Shown: positions 18,293 through 29,103 of the stretch, in pieces
How positions within the stretch are numbered: the stretch's first letter is position 1
Layout of the letters: every line of letters begins with the position of its first letter
DNA from: an uncultured Acidobacteriota bacterium
GTDB lineage: Bacteria > Acidobacteriota > UBA6911
DNA: 64,000 nucleotides
Assembly: GCA_963843575.1 (NCBI GenBank)
Contig: CAWJKZ010000004.1
Span: 88,465 to 152,464, forward strand
Direction of reading: 5' to 3'
The notes under the pieces: model-generated
Databases searched by the model: none
Told to the model about the DNA's origin: nothing
Seen by the model: only the letters and a program-made list of their open reading frames with translations
Made by a program: the position numbers and the translations under genes

Positions 18293-19581
18293 TTACGCAT
18301 TCTGCAACGCAAATGACGGTTTCTGCGCGCGCCACTTGCCGCGCGTAAAGTCAGGGCATGCCACCGGCGCGCTCCCTTTGGCGATGGACTCTTGCGAAAG
18401 CGGGATGATGGAGGTCATGAGCACCGAATCGTAAACGTCGATCGGGGGAGGCGTGTGATTCTTGGCCGACTTGACGAATTCCCTCATGACCAGGTAGTCG
18501 GCGCCGCCGTGCCCCCCGTCGGGTGAGTCCGCCGGGATGCTCTTCCACAGGCTGTGCTCAAACTTCGTTTGATAGGGTTCAAACGCCTCCCACTGGTCGC
18601 CCTTCGTCCTTCCCTCCAGGTAGACGGCGTTGTGCTCATGCGAGTACAGACCCAAGGTGCCCTGGATGAGCCACCGATTGTCGTAAGGCCGGGGCAGCTG
18701 CATGTCGTTGTTGACCACTATGGTGTTGCCTTTGTGCGTCTTGATCACCGTGGTCACGATGTCGCCCTGCAGATATTTCTGTTTCGCGGATGGGTGATCG
18801 GCGCCGAATCTCCGGTGTGAGCTCGCGATAGATGCCGAGCGGCCGGCTTGCCGTCGAGGTTGCGTACTCGAAGTAGTCGCCGCAGTTGAGGTTCATCCAG
18901 CTCATGGCCGGGCCGATGGCGTGGGTGGGTTCCGGGTTGGCGTTGCGCCTCGTCAAAAACTCGCCGCTCCACTTGGGATTTCCCTTGTCGTCGAAGTACC
19001 AGTACACGCAATCGTGCGAGTAGGCGCAGTGGCAGTGGACGATCTCTCCGAGGAGGCCCTGCCGGATCATGTTGAGGACGGCGAGGTTGTCTTCACGGTA
19101 GCACCAGTTCTCGAGCATCATGTAGGGAACCCCGGTTTGCTCGTGGGTATTGACCAGGCTCCAGCACTCCTCGAATGTCAGTGCCGCCGGCACCTCGCAC
19201 GCGGTGTACTTGCCGGCCTTCATGCAGTAGACCGACATGGGGGTGTGCCAGCTCCACGGAGTCGCGATGACCACGGCGTCGAGGTCGTCCCGCGACATGA
19301 GCCGTTCGAAGTCGTGCTCGTTCCGGGAATAGCCTTCCGGCCGGGGCCGTCCCGATTCCTGCACCTTCTGCTGAGCCGACGTCAGGCGCGGCACATCGAT
19401 GTCGCAAAGCGCGGGGACAGCCACGTCCTTCATCGAGAGCAACAAGCCGCAACAGGCTGCTGCCGCGACTACCGACCCCGACCACGCCGATTCTGACCGT
19501 GTCTTCCGCCGCCGCACCCGCGGGTATCAGGGCTGCTGCCGCAACTTCGAGGAAACTGCGTCGATCCATTCTGTTGTCCAC
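18293..19581 (-). pseudogene. Tat-exported Gfo/Idh/MocA oxidoreductase (GH109 alpha-N-acetylgalactosaminidase-like), two frameshifts
   Basis: Three frames join into one protein: MDRRSFL...VRIGVVGVGSRG; ALCDID...IATPWSWH...CEVPAA...MLENWCY; then GDIVTTVIKT...LPRPY...GGHGGADY...PDFTRGKW. Single-base shifts near 19445 and 18815, possibly sequencing errors. Confidence 0.8.
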
Positions 19582-20000
19582 CGATTGCCTCCGTGGGATG
19601 AACGGGCCATGTTGGCGTCAGCCGAACCGAGCCGTGCCAACCGAGTTCCCGGCTGATTGGCCTGTTCCCGGCTCCGACCGACCGGGGTTCCGGTTCTTCC
19701 GGAGCCATGATCTCACAATTGCCCTGCCGTGTGGGGCACAGAGCATCTGACTCCAGTAAGTTCTTATATCTGGCGCAGGAAAGGAGGGGAGCAAGACAGG
19801 AACCTGGGCGTTCACGGTTGGCTGAGAGCCTTGGCACCGGCACCGATCCCCTCGCCTGGCCAGGCCTGGTCACATTTCACTGGCTTGGTATGAAAGACCT
19901 TTCGCCCGCTCAGAAATGCGTGCCGACGATGAACTTAGTTGGTTCCGGCCTTGGGCTGTCGCACCCGGCGATGTGGCGTCTAGCCCGTGAGCCCGCAGGC

Positions 20001-20204
20001 TGTTCATGAAGAGGAAAGTAGGCAGCAGAAAAGCGTAGTGGGACGCGGATACACGCTGGCAGAGCTTTTGCCACGCCGAAGGGCCTGCGAGGCGGGTCAT
20101 CCTTGGCGGCAAAAGCTCTGCACACAGACCGAATCGTCAGTTCTGATACGCGTTTCTCCGCGCTCATCCGCGTCCCACTTCCCTGCCGCTCGGTTGTTCA
20201 TGAA
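20001..20204. repeat. Nested-hairpin element of the ACGCGGAT family
   Basis: Perfect 14-bp outer IR (20037-20050 / 20166-20179) and perfect 14-bp inner IR (20059-20072 / 20108-20121); TGTTCATGAA occurs at both 20001 and 20195. Confidence 0.8.
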
Positions 20205-20472
20205 TTATCCAAACCCTCAGCAGGGCTGCTTGTAGAACGCTCGGTTTTGCGAATTTCACCTGCTCAAAATTTCTCCGGGTATGGCAGGATACGGCAAATG
20301 GAGGTCTGTGATTCAGCCGAAGAGAGTTCCTCGCATCAGTCGCAGCCGCTGCTGGAACCTCCGGCAAGCACGACCTGGTTCGGTGGCTCCGGTAACCCGC
20401 GTCCAAGGGTCGTTTTTCTCTACGACCGGCGTCTCCGCGGTGAAGTTTGAAGGTCTATCCCCAGGGGGAACC

Positions 20473-22278
20473 ATGAGAATAGCGCTTGCGATCGGAATCC
20501 TGACTCTATGCCTGGTCGACACGGCCCGCACCGCGCAGGTGGAAAATGCCCGGCGCACGACCCGTCCCGTCATACGAGGGGTGGAGTACGCCATCTCGTC
20601 CATGAAGCCCCAGGCGACGCAGGCGGCCGAGCGCATCCTGCGAGCCGGCGGCAATGCCTTTGATGCCGCAGTGGCGGGGCAGGCCGTGCTGGGAATAGTG
20701 GATGCGGCAAACAACGGCGTCGGCAGCGACGCCGTGTTGCTGATCTACGATGCACGCTCCAACACCGCGCATTCCCTCAATGCGGAAGGCACCGCGCCGC
20801 GGCTGGCAACCATCGACTGGTACATGAAAAACCAGGGCGGCAAAATACCCGTGGACGACGGCCTGCTCTCCGCCACGGTCCCGGGAGTGGTGGACGCGTG
20901 GTTCACGCTGCTGGACCGCTGGGGCAGCAAGAGTTTCGCCGAGGTGCTGCAGCCGGCGATCGAATTGGCCGAAAACGGTTTCCCCCTCTCGGACGGGTTG
21001 GCACGCCTCTATGCGGAATCCAAGAAGCTGCGAAAATACCAGTCCAGCGTGAATCTCCTCAAGCTGGACACGGCCGTCTACCACCCGGGGGACGTCATCA
21101 GAAATCCCGACCTGGCGCGTACCCTGAGGAAACTGGTCGAAGCCGAAAACGAGAATACCCCCAAGGGCCGGCACGCAGCGCTTAAGGCGGCTCGGGACCG
21201 TTTCTATAAAGGCGATATCGCGCGAGCCATGGCCCGCTTCAGCGAGGAAAACGGCGGCCTCTTCCGCTACGATGATTTTGCCTCATACTCCGCAGAGGTC
21301 GAGCAGCCGGTCTCAGTCAATTATCGTGGTTACGAGGTTTTCAAAAATCCCTCCGCAAGCCAGGGCCCGGCAGAACTGTTCACGCTCAACCTGCTCGCGG
21401 GTTATGACCTGAAATCCATGGGGCACAACAGCCCCGATTACATCCACACCTGCATTGAGGCCGTAAAGCTCGCTTTTGCCGACCGCGACCAGTTTCTCGG
21501 CGATATGGACTTTATCAAGATTCCATTTGAAGGCCTCCTCTCCGCGGATTACGCCCGGGAGAGGCGCAAGCTGATCGATCCCCGCGCGGCATCGCTGGAA
21601 TTCCGCCCAGGCAACCCCGAAAAATTCACCAGGGGGTTTGAGCCCGTCGTCCGTCCGCTCGACATTCGGTACGACGGCAATGCCCAACATGACGGCGATA
21701 CGAGCTACATCGCGGTGATCGACGGCAGCCGCAACATGGTGAGCTTCACGCCGAGCCTGCACAGCGCCTTCGGCACCGGAGTCGTCATCGGCGACCTGGG
21801 TTTTATCCTGAATTGCCGGGGCGATTATTATTCACTTGTTCCCGGACATGCGAACGCCCTGGAACCGGGCAAACGGCCGCGCAGCACACTGCAGAGCTCC
21901 CTGGTCATGAAGGACGGCAAACCACTCATGATCCTGGGCAGCCCCGGCGGAGACGAACAGTGCATGCGCACAATGCAGACCTTCTTGAACATGGTGGAAT
22001 TCGGCATGAATATCCAGCAGGCGATCGAAGCGCCGCGATGGGCCTCGCAGAGCTTCCCCGCCTCGCCATTCCCACACACAATGTATCCGGGTGCCATGTC
22101 GATAGAGGACAGGGTGCCTGAAGCCGTCCGGGATGAGTTGCAGAAAAGGGGGCACAGGTTGAAGGTCGGCGGCGCGTGGACCATGGGTTCGAACGCCGGG
22201 ATTGTCATCGATCCGAAGACCGGCACTCTCAGTGCGGGTGCGGACCCGCGCGTGGACGCCTACGCCCTAGCCTGGTGA
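20473..22278 (+). CDS. ggt: Gamma-glutamyltransferase family protein
   Basis: Signal peptide MRIALAIG; GGNAFDAAVA, TVPGVVDAW, FYKGDIA, nucleophile GDTSYIA, PGKRPRSTL, GSPGG, GADPR. Confidence 0.92.
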   Translation: MRIALAIGILTLCLVDTARTAQVENARRTTRPVIRGVEYAISSMKPQATQAAERILRAGGNAFDAAVAGQAVLGIVDAANNGVGSDAVLLIYDARSNTAHSLNAEGTAPRLATIDWYMKNQGGKIPVDDGLLSATVPGVVDAWFTLLDRWGSKSFAEVLQPAIELAENGFPLSDGLARLYAESKKLRKYQSSVNLLKLDTAVYHPGDVIRNPDLARTLRKLVEAENENTPKGRHAALKAARDRFYKGDIARAMARFSEENGGLFRYDDFASYSAEVEQPVSVNYRGYEVFKNPSASQGPAELFTLNLLAGYDLKSMGHNSPDYIHTCIEAVKLAFADRDQFLGDMDFIKIPFEGLLSADYARERRKLIDPRAASLEFRPGNPEKFTRGFEPVVRPLDIRYDGNAQHDGDTSYIAVIDGSRNMVSFTPSLHSAFGTGVVIGDLGFILNCRGDYYSLVPGHANALEPGKRPRSTLQSSLVMKDGKPLMILGSPGGDEQCMRTMQTFLNMVEFGMNIQQAIEAPRWASQSFPASPFPHTMYPGAMSIEDRVPEAVRDELQKRGHRLKVGGAWTMGSNAGIVIDPKTGTLSAGADPRVDAYALAW

Positions 22279-22324
22279 CCCCGGGGACCCCGCACCCGGC
22301 CCCGATGAAGCAACTGAAGCCAGT

Positions 22325-22560
22325 GGCCGGGCTCGGGCGGACGGGCGTGACCGAACGAATCGGCACCTGGCTGCTTCGGATCTCTGGAGGGAGCGAAAGT
22401 TGGCTCATCGTGGCCCTCATGGCGGCAGGCGCGATCCTTTCGCTGGTCATGAACAACATCGCCGCCGCATCGGTGCTGCTCCCGGGCCGCTTCCACGGCC
22501 GCCCACAGATCGAACGTCACGCTCTCCCGCTTGCCGAATGGTGCTCGGCTTCAGCACGCT
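22325..22560 (+). pseudogene. Fragment of an SLC13/ArsB-NhaD family permease
   Basis: GLGRTGVTERIG...LMAAGAILSLVMNNIAAASVLLP matches the conserved S.FMNN segment; no start and no remainder. Confidence 0.6.
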
Positions 22561-23165
22561 GCTTCGCGGCACTCACGACGGACACCCTTGCCGTCGGCTT
22601 GCAGTTCCCCTGACCGGGCCTGCAGAACACCTCCCATCCGTGGGTCTCTCCCGAGGGGTACGATCGGGCGCACCAACCAAGGGGCGCCCTCCGGCGCCTG
22701 GCCCTTTGCTTCTCTTCGCCTGGAGGGCCTCGGATCCGCCGACCTCTCAGAGCATCGGCCCCTTTTGGGGCGCACAGCTAACCGACCGCAAGGTTATCAG
22801 TCACGGCGAACGAGCAGCTTCCCTTTTCCATATCCCTTAAACATGTTCCACCTCCCGGTTTCCCTTTCACCGGGCTCTTGTGTAAACCCACATGATCAGA
22901 TCATCGAATAGTTGCAGAGGGCATTCTAATCACGAACGCCGTTCGGCGGGATAGCGCACAGATTTTCACGAGGTTCGGCGAGTGGCAGGGAATGCACACC
23001 CGCAACATAAGCGACACACACAGCGCAAAACCGCGTCTTTGCTGGGCTTGAGCCTCCGTTTCATCGGGCGGCCGGCTAAACCGCTACACCGCAGGACCTT
23101 CGCAACTCCTTTATGCAACGACTCCAGGTGACTGAAAAAGCTCACCTTGCACATGCCGTGCAAGT

Positions 23166-23182
23166 CTGGCACGGCACGTGCA
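23166..23182 (+). promoter_or_regulatory. Putative sigma-54 (-24/-12) promoter of the degP-like gene
   Basis: CTGGCACGGCACGTGCA has exact GG-N10-GC spacing and a TGGCACG core, ~50 nt upstream of ATG 23234. Confidence 0.65.
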
Positions 23183-23233
23183 AACCTTGGTTCGGCCGCC
23201 CGCACTGAAGGGGTCGGCAAAGGGAGATCGAAA

Positions 23234-24727
23234 ATGTTCAAATCAACATCGCTTGGAAGCACGTTGCATCGCCCTGGCTTCCGGCCGGGTTTTGCGCTGG
23301 GCCTGGCCACGCTGATTCTTCTGGTTGGCGGAGTTCTGGGATTCCACGCCGCGTTTGGCACGTCAAGTACAGCGATCACGGGAAATGCAGCCGGAATCCC
23401 CTCCGCAGCCCTGGATCTGAGCAAAGCTTTTGAAACCGTCGCCCGGCAGGTCGAACCTGCCGTGGTAAATATCAACACCGAACAGGTTATCCACAACACG
23501 GCTGTGGAGAGCCCGTTCCGAGACTTTTTCGGCAACGACAATCCATTAGGATCGTTCTTCGGCCAGATGCCGCACGACTTCAAACAGAGGAGTCTCGGTT
23601 CCGGATTCGTGGTGGATCCCAACGGCTACATCCTGACCAACAATCATGTCGTTGAAAATGCCTCGAAAATACGCGTCAAATTGAACGACGGCCGCGAAAT
23701 GGGGGCCAGCGTGGTGGGCACGGACCCGCAGACGGACCTGGCCATCCTGAAAGTGAAGGCCGCGCACCTGTCCACGTTGCCGCTGGCCAGATCCGACCAG
23801 ATTCAGGTCGGCGACTGGGTGCTGGCATTCGGGAGTCCTTTCGGCCTCGAGAAGACGATGACGGCCGGCATCATCAGTGCCAAGGGCCGGGTGATCGGGG
23901 CGGGCCCCTACGACAATTTCCTGCAGACGGACGCGGCCATCAACCCTGGCAACAGCGGAGGCCCGCTCGTGAACCTGCGGGGTGAAGTTGTCGGTATCAA
24001 CACGATGATTGCCTCCCAGAACGGGGGATTCCAGGGGGTGGGTTTTGCCATCCCGTCTCCGATGGCCTTTGATGTATACCAGGAAATCGCCAAGTCCGGC
24101 AAGGTGACGCGCGGCTGGTTGGGCGTGCATATCCAGGACTTGACCGCAGAGCTCGCGAAGGGTTTCAATCTCAGCGGGCGCAAGGGGGTCCTGGTTTCCG
24201 ACGTGGACTCTGACAGCCCGGCGGCAAAAGCCGGCCTCAAGCCGGGCGACGTCATAGTCTCGTACGCGGGCAAACAGATTGAGTCCGCGCGCGACCTTTC
24301 GCTCTCCGTCGCCGCGACCAGCGTGGGCGCACCTTCGCGGTTGACGGTTCTGCGGGACGGCAACCAGCTAGACCTTACGGTCGCGGTCGGGGAACGGCTG
24401 AACGATGTTGCCGAGAACTTCAAATCTTCCCGGCAGGAAGAGCACGGACGCCTCGGCATCACTGTGGAAAACGTCACCGCCGACGCGCAGCACGAACTGA
24501 AACTCTCGACCGGCAGGGGAGCGCTCGTCACCGAAGTGAAACCGGGGAGCCCCGCGGACACAGGCGGCGTCGAGCCGGGAGACGTGATACACGAGATCAA
24601 TCAAAACCCGGTGGACCATGCCGCGGACCTTCAGGGGTTCGCGCGCAATCTGAAGCCCGGCCAGACCGTTCTGCTCCAGGTCGAACGACAAGGGCACAAC
24701 CTCTTCCTGGCGTTCGACGTGTCCTAG
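23234..24727 (+). CDS. Do/DegQ (HtrA) family serine endoprotease with two PDZ domains
   Basis: [34 protein letters not shown], two PDZ repeats, N-terminal anchor. Confidence 0.95.
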   Translation: MFKSTSLGSTLHRPGFRPGFALGLATLILLVGGVLGFHAAFGTSSTAITGNAAGIPSAALDLSKAFETVARQVEPAVVNINTEQVIHNTAVESPFRDFFGNDNPLGSFFGQMPHDFKQRSLGSGFVVDPNGYILTNNHVVENASKIRVKLNDGREMGASVVGTDPQTDLAILKVKAAHLSTLPLARSDQIQVGDWVLAFGSPFGLEKTMTAGIISAKGRVIGAGPYDNFLQTDAAINPGNSGGPLVNLRGEVVGINTMIASQNGGFQGVGFAIPSPMAFDVYQEIAKSGKVTRGWLGVHIQDLTAELAKGFNLSGRKGVLVSDVDSDSPAAKAGLKPGDVIVSYAGKQIESARDLSLSVAATSVGAPSRLTVLRDGNQLDLTVAVGERLNDVAENFKSSRQEEHGRLGITVENVTADAQHELKLSTGRGALVTEVKPGSPADTGGVEPGDVIHEINQNPVDHAADLQGFARNLKPGQTVLLQVERQGHNLFLAFDVS

Positions 24728-25374
24728 CCCGCCTTTGGGAGGGCAGCCTCCATTCCCTGGTGCACGTGGCATCAGGGGGCCGGGCTCTCGGAGGACTGCC
24801 CTCGCCCAAATCCATAAAGGTATCCTTCACGCCCTCGCGGGCGTGCGCGGCATCGGCGACACGCGTGTTCTCGGGCGTTTCCTGCGCGATGTGACGACGC
24901 TGAACGCTGAATTTTCCGGTTTTAGCCCTGACGAGACGCTCTCCAACAACCTGGAAGCCGTCTTTGAAGTGACCAATCGCTCATGGGACGCCGCGGCCGT
25001 GTCGAACGACGAACTTCTCGTACCCAGGTGGGGTGATGGAAATGCTCTGCGAGCACAAGTGCGAGGGTTGGCTCGCCGACAGCACAATGGCCTATCATTT
25101 AGGCCCTGAGCGAGAATCTTGCCAAGCACCGCCCGCTGCGCGCCGAAATTCGGGGTACGTTCGGCGCTGTGTAGAGGACTTGCGTGAATGCGCACTCACT
25201 CATAGGATGGTTGTTACTATGCGAACGATGCCTTGTCGTGAACGACGCCCTGAAGGTCGCGATGATCAGGTGGCGCGCACCTCTGGCGGTGGCCTAGAAG
25301 CCGCTCAATACTGCTTGCTCGAGGACACAGCCGGCCGCTATCAACCGAACTGGTAAGAAAAAAGGAAAGAGCTC

Positions 25375-26493
25375 GTGACTCGACAAAAGGTTCCATTGGG
25401 CAGGATCCTGGGCATTCCCATTGGCTTGGACTATTCCTGGTTTTTGATCTTCGCGCTGCTCACCTGGATGCTGGGGGGCAGTTACTATCCCGCCGAGTTC
25501 AAGAACTGGCCGCCGCTGCTCTATTGGTTCATGGGCGCGGTAACAGCCATCATGCTCTTTGCCAGCGTGCTGCTGCATGAATTGGGGCACTCGGTGGTGG
25601 CGATACGGTACAAAATTCCGGTGCGCAGCATCACGCTTTTTATTTTTGGTGGGGTTGCCCAGATCGGGGCGGAACCACCTAGCGCCATTGCTGAATTCTG
25701 GATCGCAATCGCCGGGCCGATTGTCAGTCTCTCCCTCGCGGTGCTCTTTTCCGTGCTGAAATCTGTGACTACAGGAATCGAGCCCTTGTTGGGTCTGGTG
25801 AAATACCTGGCCTACATTAACTTTGCACTCGTGCTCTTCAATCTTATTCCCGGCTATCCGCTTGACGGTGGTCGCGTGTTCCGCGCCATCGTTTGGGCCG
25901 TCACGAAAAACATGCGCCGCGCCACGCTCATGGCTGCGAACGTGGGACGCCTTTTTGGTTTTCTGTTCATCTTCGCAGGAGTGTGGCGGATGTTCTCGGG
26001 CGACTTTGGTGGCGGGGTGTGGATTGCATTCATCGGCTGGTTTCTCGACAACGCCGCTTCTGCGCAGATACAGCAAGTGATATTTCAAGGCTTGTTGGCC
26101 GGGCACAAGGTTGCGCAGGCCATGAGCGGTCATTGCGTTACTATTCCTGCAGAATTGACACTGCAACAATTGGTGGACGAGCACATTCTCAGCGGCGGGC
26201 AGCGTTGTTTCCTTGTCCATAGCGGATCAAACACTGTTGGCCTTATGACCCTGCACCGGATAAGAATAGTGCCGCGGGGCGAGTGGCAGACGACGAGCGC
26301 CGGCCAAGCCATGCTCCCGCTGGACAAATTGATGCGCATAAGCCCGGATAAGGAGCTGTGGACCGCCCTGCAGCAGATGGACCGCGACGGAGTGAACCAA
26401 CTTCCCGTGATGACCGACAACCAAGTGGTCGGCATGCTGAGCCGTGAGGACGTCATCACCTTTCTACGCACAGTGCAGGAACTGGGGGGCTAG
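25375..26493 (+). CDS. Site-2 protease (M50) with CBS domains
   Basis: LLHELGHS (HExxH), AGP, FNLIPGYPLDGGR; C-terminal CBS pair. Confidence 0.93.
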   Translation: MTRQKVPLGRILGIPIGLDYSWFLIFALLTWMLGGSYYPAEFKNWPPLLYWFMGAVTAIMLFASVLLHELGHSVVAIRYKIPVRSITLFIFGGVAQIGAEPPSAIAEFWIAIAGPIVSLSLAVLFSVLKSVTTGIEPLLGLVKYLAYINFALVLFNLIPGYPLDGGRVFRAIVWAVTKNMRRATLMAANVGRLFGFLFIFAGVWRMFSGDFGGGVWIAFIGWFLDNAASAQIQQVIFQGLLAGHKVAQAMSGHCVTIPAELTLQQLVDEHILSGGQRCFLVHSGSNTVGLMTLHRIRIVPRGEWQTTSAGQAMLPLDKLMRISPDKELWTALQQMDRDGVNQLPVMTDNQVVGMLSREDVITFLRTVQELGG

Positions 26494-26655
26494 CAGGCCT
26501 GCGGCGGAGGGCATGGCGCGGATGGAACGCGAGCCCGGCGAGATCCATCGCGAGCTCACGCCCGAGTTCGGTGCGCCGTAGGGATATCCGCACTCTTTGG
26601 CAGCGCTCCTGGTGCTCTACCTGCAGGGCCCTCGTAGGTATGCTATTTGTTTGCC

Positions 26656-27639
26656 ATGGCAAACGTAGAGAGTAAAACCGACGGGAAAAAGAAGGTCGGA
26701 GGACGCTGGATCTCCTGGCTCTTCGGGCTGGGGATCCTGGTAGCCGTCGCCTTGTTCGCAGCACATCGGAGCGAGGAACAGGAGTTCGCGCGGCTCGTGG
26801 CTCACGCTCAGCCCGCCTGGCTGTTCCTTGGCCTCCTGCTCCAGATGAGTACCTATATAGCGGACGCCCGGATCTGGCAACGAATCATTGTGCGCGCGGG
26901 CATATCCAGGCCGCTCTGGTCCTATATGGGCCTTGGCCTTGCGAAACTCTTCATGGATCAAGCGGTTCCGAGCGGCGGCATGAGCGGAACCTTGCTCGTC
27001 GTCCGCGCGCTGGATCGCCGCGGCATTCCGCGGGGTACCAGCATGGCTGCCGTCGTCGTCAACCTCGTGAGCTACTATGCCGCATATGTTGCGGCGTTGG
27101 CCGCCGCACTCGGCGTCGTTTGGGTACACGGGGGTCTCACGCTGTTTGTCATCCTGCCGGCGGTCATCTTTGCTCCCGTGGCGGCGGGCATTCCGTCGGT
27201 TCTCGTTTTGGTGAGCCGTGGCCGGAGGTTGCCGCACTGGATTCGGCGGCTGCCGATCGTCGGGTCGGGACTTCGGGCGCTTGCAGAGGCGACACCGGCT
27301 ATTGCTCATGACGGCTCGCTCATCGCCCGGTGCCTGGGCCTTCAGGTTGCGATCTTCCTGCTCGACGCCGGGACTCTCTGGATCATGCTCCGTGCCCTCG
27401 GTCTCTCGGTTCACCCGGCACAGGTCTTCGCGAGCTTTATGCTGTCGACGCTGGCGCGCACGCTGGGACCCGTGCCCGGAGGGCTCGGCATCTTTGAGGC
27501 AGCGTCTGTGGCGACGCTGAAGTTGATGGGAGTACCGATCGCCGCCGGCCTCGCTGCCACGCTCCTATTTCGGGGTTTGAGCTACTGGCTGCCTATGGCG
27601 CCGGGCATCCTCCTCGCGCGTCGGGAAACGGGGACCTGA
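26656..27639 (+). CDS. Lysylphosphatidylglycerol synthase TM / flippase-like (UPF0104) membrane protein
   Basis: Multi-TM; PSGGMSG, PVPGGLGIFEA, ATLLFRGLSYWLP. Confidence 0.85.
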   Translation: MANVESKTDGKKKVGGRWISWLFGLGILVAVALFAAHRSEEQEFARLVAHAQPAWLFLGLLLQMSTYIADARIWQRIIVRAGISRPLWSYMGLGLAKLFMDQAVPSGGMSGTLLVVRALDRRGIPRGTSMAAVVVNLVSYYAAYVAALAAALGVVWVHGGLTLFVILPAVIFAPVAAGIPSVLVLVSRGRRLPHWIRRLPIVGSGLRALAEATPAIAHDGSLIARCLGLQVAIFLLDAGTLWIMLRALGLSVHPAQVFASFMLSTLARTLGPVPGGLGIFEAASVATLKLMGVPIAAGLAATLLFRGLSYWLPMAPGILLARRETGT

Positions 27640-28059
27640 TGGCCGGTTTCCCCTTCCCCGTCAGCCACGCTTTCTGCAGGCACAGTCTTCGACGAATTTG
27701 CTCTGTTTGACGGCTCGGCGCTGTTGTAGACCAACGCGGTCGTGGGTGTGACCGACGGGAGCCGCTTCATTTACCCGATGACCAGGAAAATCGGCCACGA
27801 CAGCTCGGCCCTGAACACCTGGCCGTTCATCGACCGCGTCAACAGGAGCTGGAGCAAAACCAACAAGAACATGCTCGGCGTCTTCGGCGAACGCCTCGAT
27901 GCGACGCTGAGGGCCTTTGCGCACGTGCCTGTCCTTATCGCCTGGCCCGCGCATCTTCCGGATTGCTTCGGACATCCGTGAAATCCGTGGCGGAATGGAA
28001 AAGGTGTATCATCACCGCGTGCCGCATGGAGCGGCAGACTCACCAACCAGGAGCGCTCT

Positions 28060-28773
28060 ATGTCGAACAATGCAAGTCTCGCCGTCAACCGCAGGCAGTT
28101 TCTCTTCATGTCAAGCCTGGCCGGCATCACGCTGGCGGCGCCGCCCGGAGACGAACCGGCTCGGGTCCAGTCCGGTGTCGCCCCAATAGCGCTGCCGCCG
28201 CTGCCGTATGCCCAAGATGCGCTGGCGCCGGTCATCTCTGAACAGACCCTTTCCTTCCACTACGGAAAACACCACCTCGCTTACGTCAACAATACGATCA
28301 AGCTGATCGCGGGCACCGGGCTGGAAAAGCAGCCGCTCGACGAGATCATCCGAAAGACGTCGGGCAAACCTGAGCAGGCGGGGATCTTCAACAATGCCGC
28401 CCAGGTGTTCAACCACACTTTCTATTGGCACAGCATGAAGCCGGGCGGCGGGGGCGAACCGAAAGGCGTGATCGCCGACAGGATCGGCAAGTCGTTTGGC
28501 TCGTACCAGAAGTTCGTCGAAGCCTTCTCGGGCGCGGCGGCACAGCAGTTCGGCAGCGGTTGGGCTTGGCTTGTGGATGACGGCGGCAAGCTCGGGGTAA
28601 TCAGGACTCCGAATGCCGAAACCCCACTGACCATGTCGCTCCGGCCGCTGGTGACCATCGATGTCTGGGAACACGCCTATTACCTCGACTTCCAGAATCG
28701 CCGTCCGGACTACATCAAGGCGTTCGTGGAAAAACTTCTGAACTGGGATTTCGCGGAGAAGAACCTTTCCTGA
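28060..28773 (+). CDS. sodB: Fe-superoxide dismutase with twin-arginine leader
   Basis: LPPLPY, HYGKHH, FNNAAQVFNHTFYW (Fe-type), FGSGWAWL, DVWEHAYY; N-terminal NRRQFL. Confidence 0.92.
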   Translation: MSNNASLAVNRRQFLFMSSLAGITLAAPPGDEPARVQSGVAPIALPPLPYAQDALAPVISEQTLSFHYGKHHLAYVNNTIKLIAGTGLEKQPLDEIIRKTSGKPEQAGIFNNAAQVFNHTFYWHSMKPGGGGEPKGVIADRIGKSFGSYQKFVEAFSGAAAQQFGSGWAWLVDDGGKLGVIRTPNAETPLTMSLRPLVTIDVWEHAYYLDFQNRRPDYIKAFVEKLLNWDFAEKNLS

Positions 28774-29020
28774 GGTGTTCGCGCAATAAACTCCATTTCG
28801 GCGCAGGCACGTAACCGTGGTCGTGGTGACGAAGCCGACACCATGGGGCTCCTCCGGGCCCAGTGGCTGGATTGGACGCTGCTCCCAGACGCCGGCCGCC
28901 GGATGGCACCCGGATAATACAGCAGCCCAAAACCGCGCTTTGGTCAACCGGCGCTTGGCCGCAGGATAACGCCGTAGATTCTCACCGCGATGCTGGATTA
29001 TTGTAGGTGTTTGTGCCAAT

Positions 29021-29039
29021 TAGATGTAAGTTGCATCTA
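29021..29039. promoter_or_regulatory. Palindromic operator TAGATGTA-AGT-TGCATCTA
   Basis: Near-perfect palindrome ~65 nt upstream of ATG 29104; identical half-sites recur at 34045-34063. Confidence 0.75.
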
Positions 29040-29103
29040 CTAGAGACTTCTGTTAGATTATTCTATGGTGCTGGAAAGCGGAAGGTACGAAGGGAGGGTT
29101 CTT

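Noticed and set aside
18293-19581. Programmed frameshifting in the GH109-like gene
   Set aside because: No slippery heptamer or stimulatory structure seen; similar indels occur throughout the window.
22600-23140. Long intergenic region as a possible tRNA/ncRNA locus
   Set aside because: No cloverleaf, T-loop consensus or known riboswitch pattern recognised.
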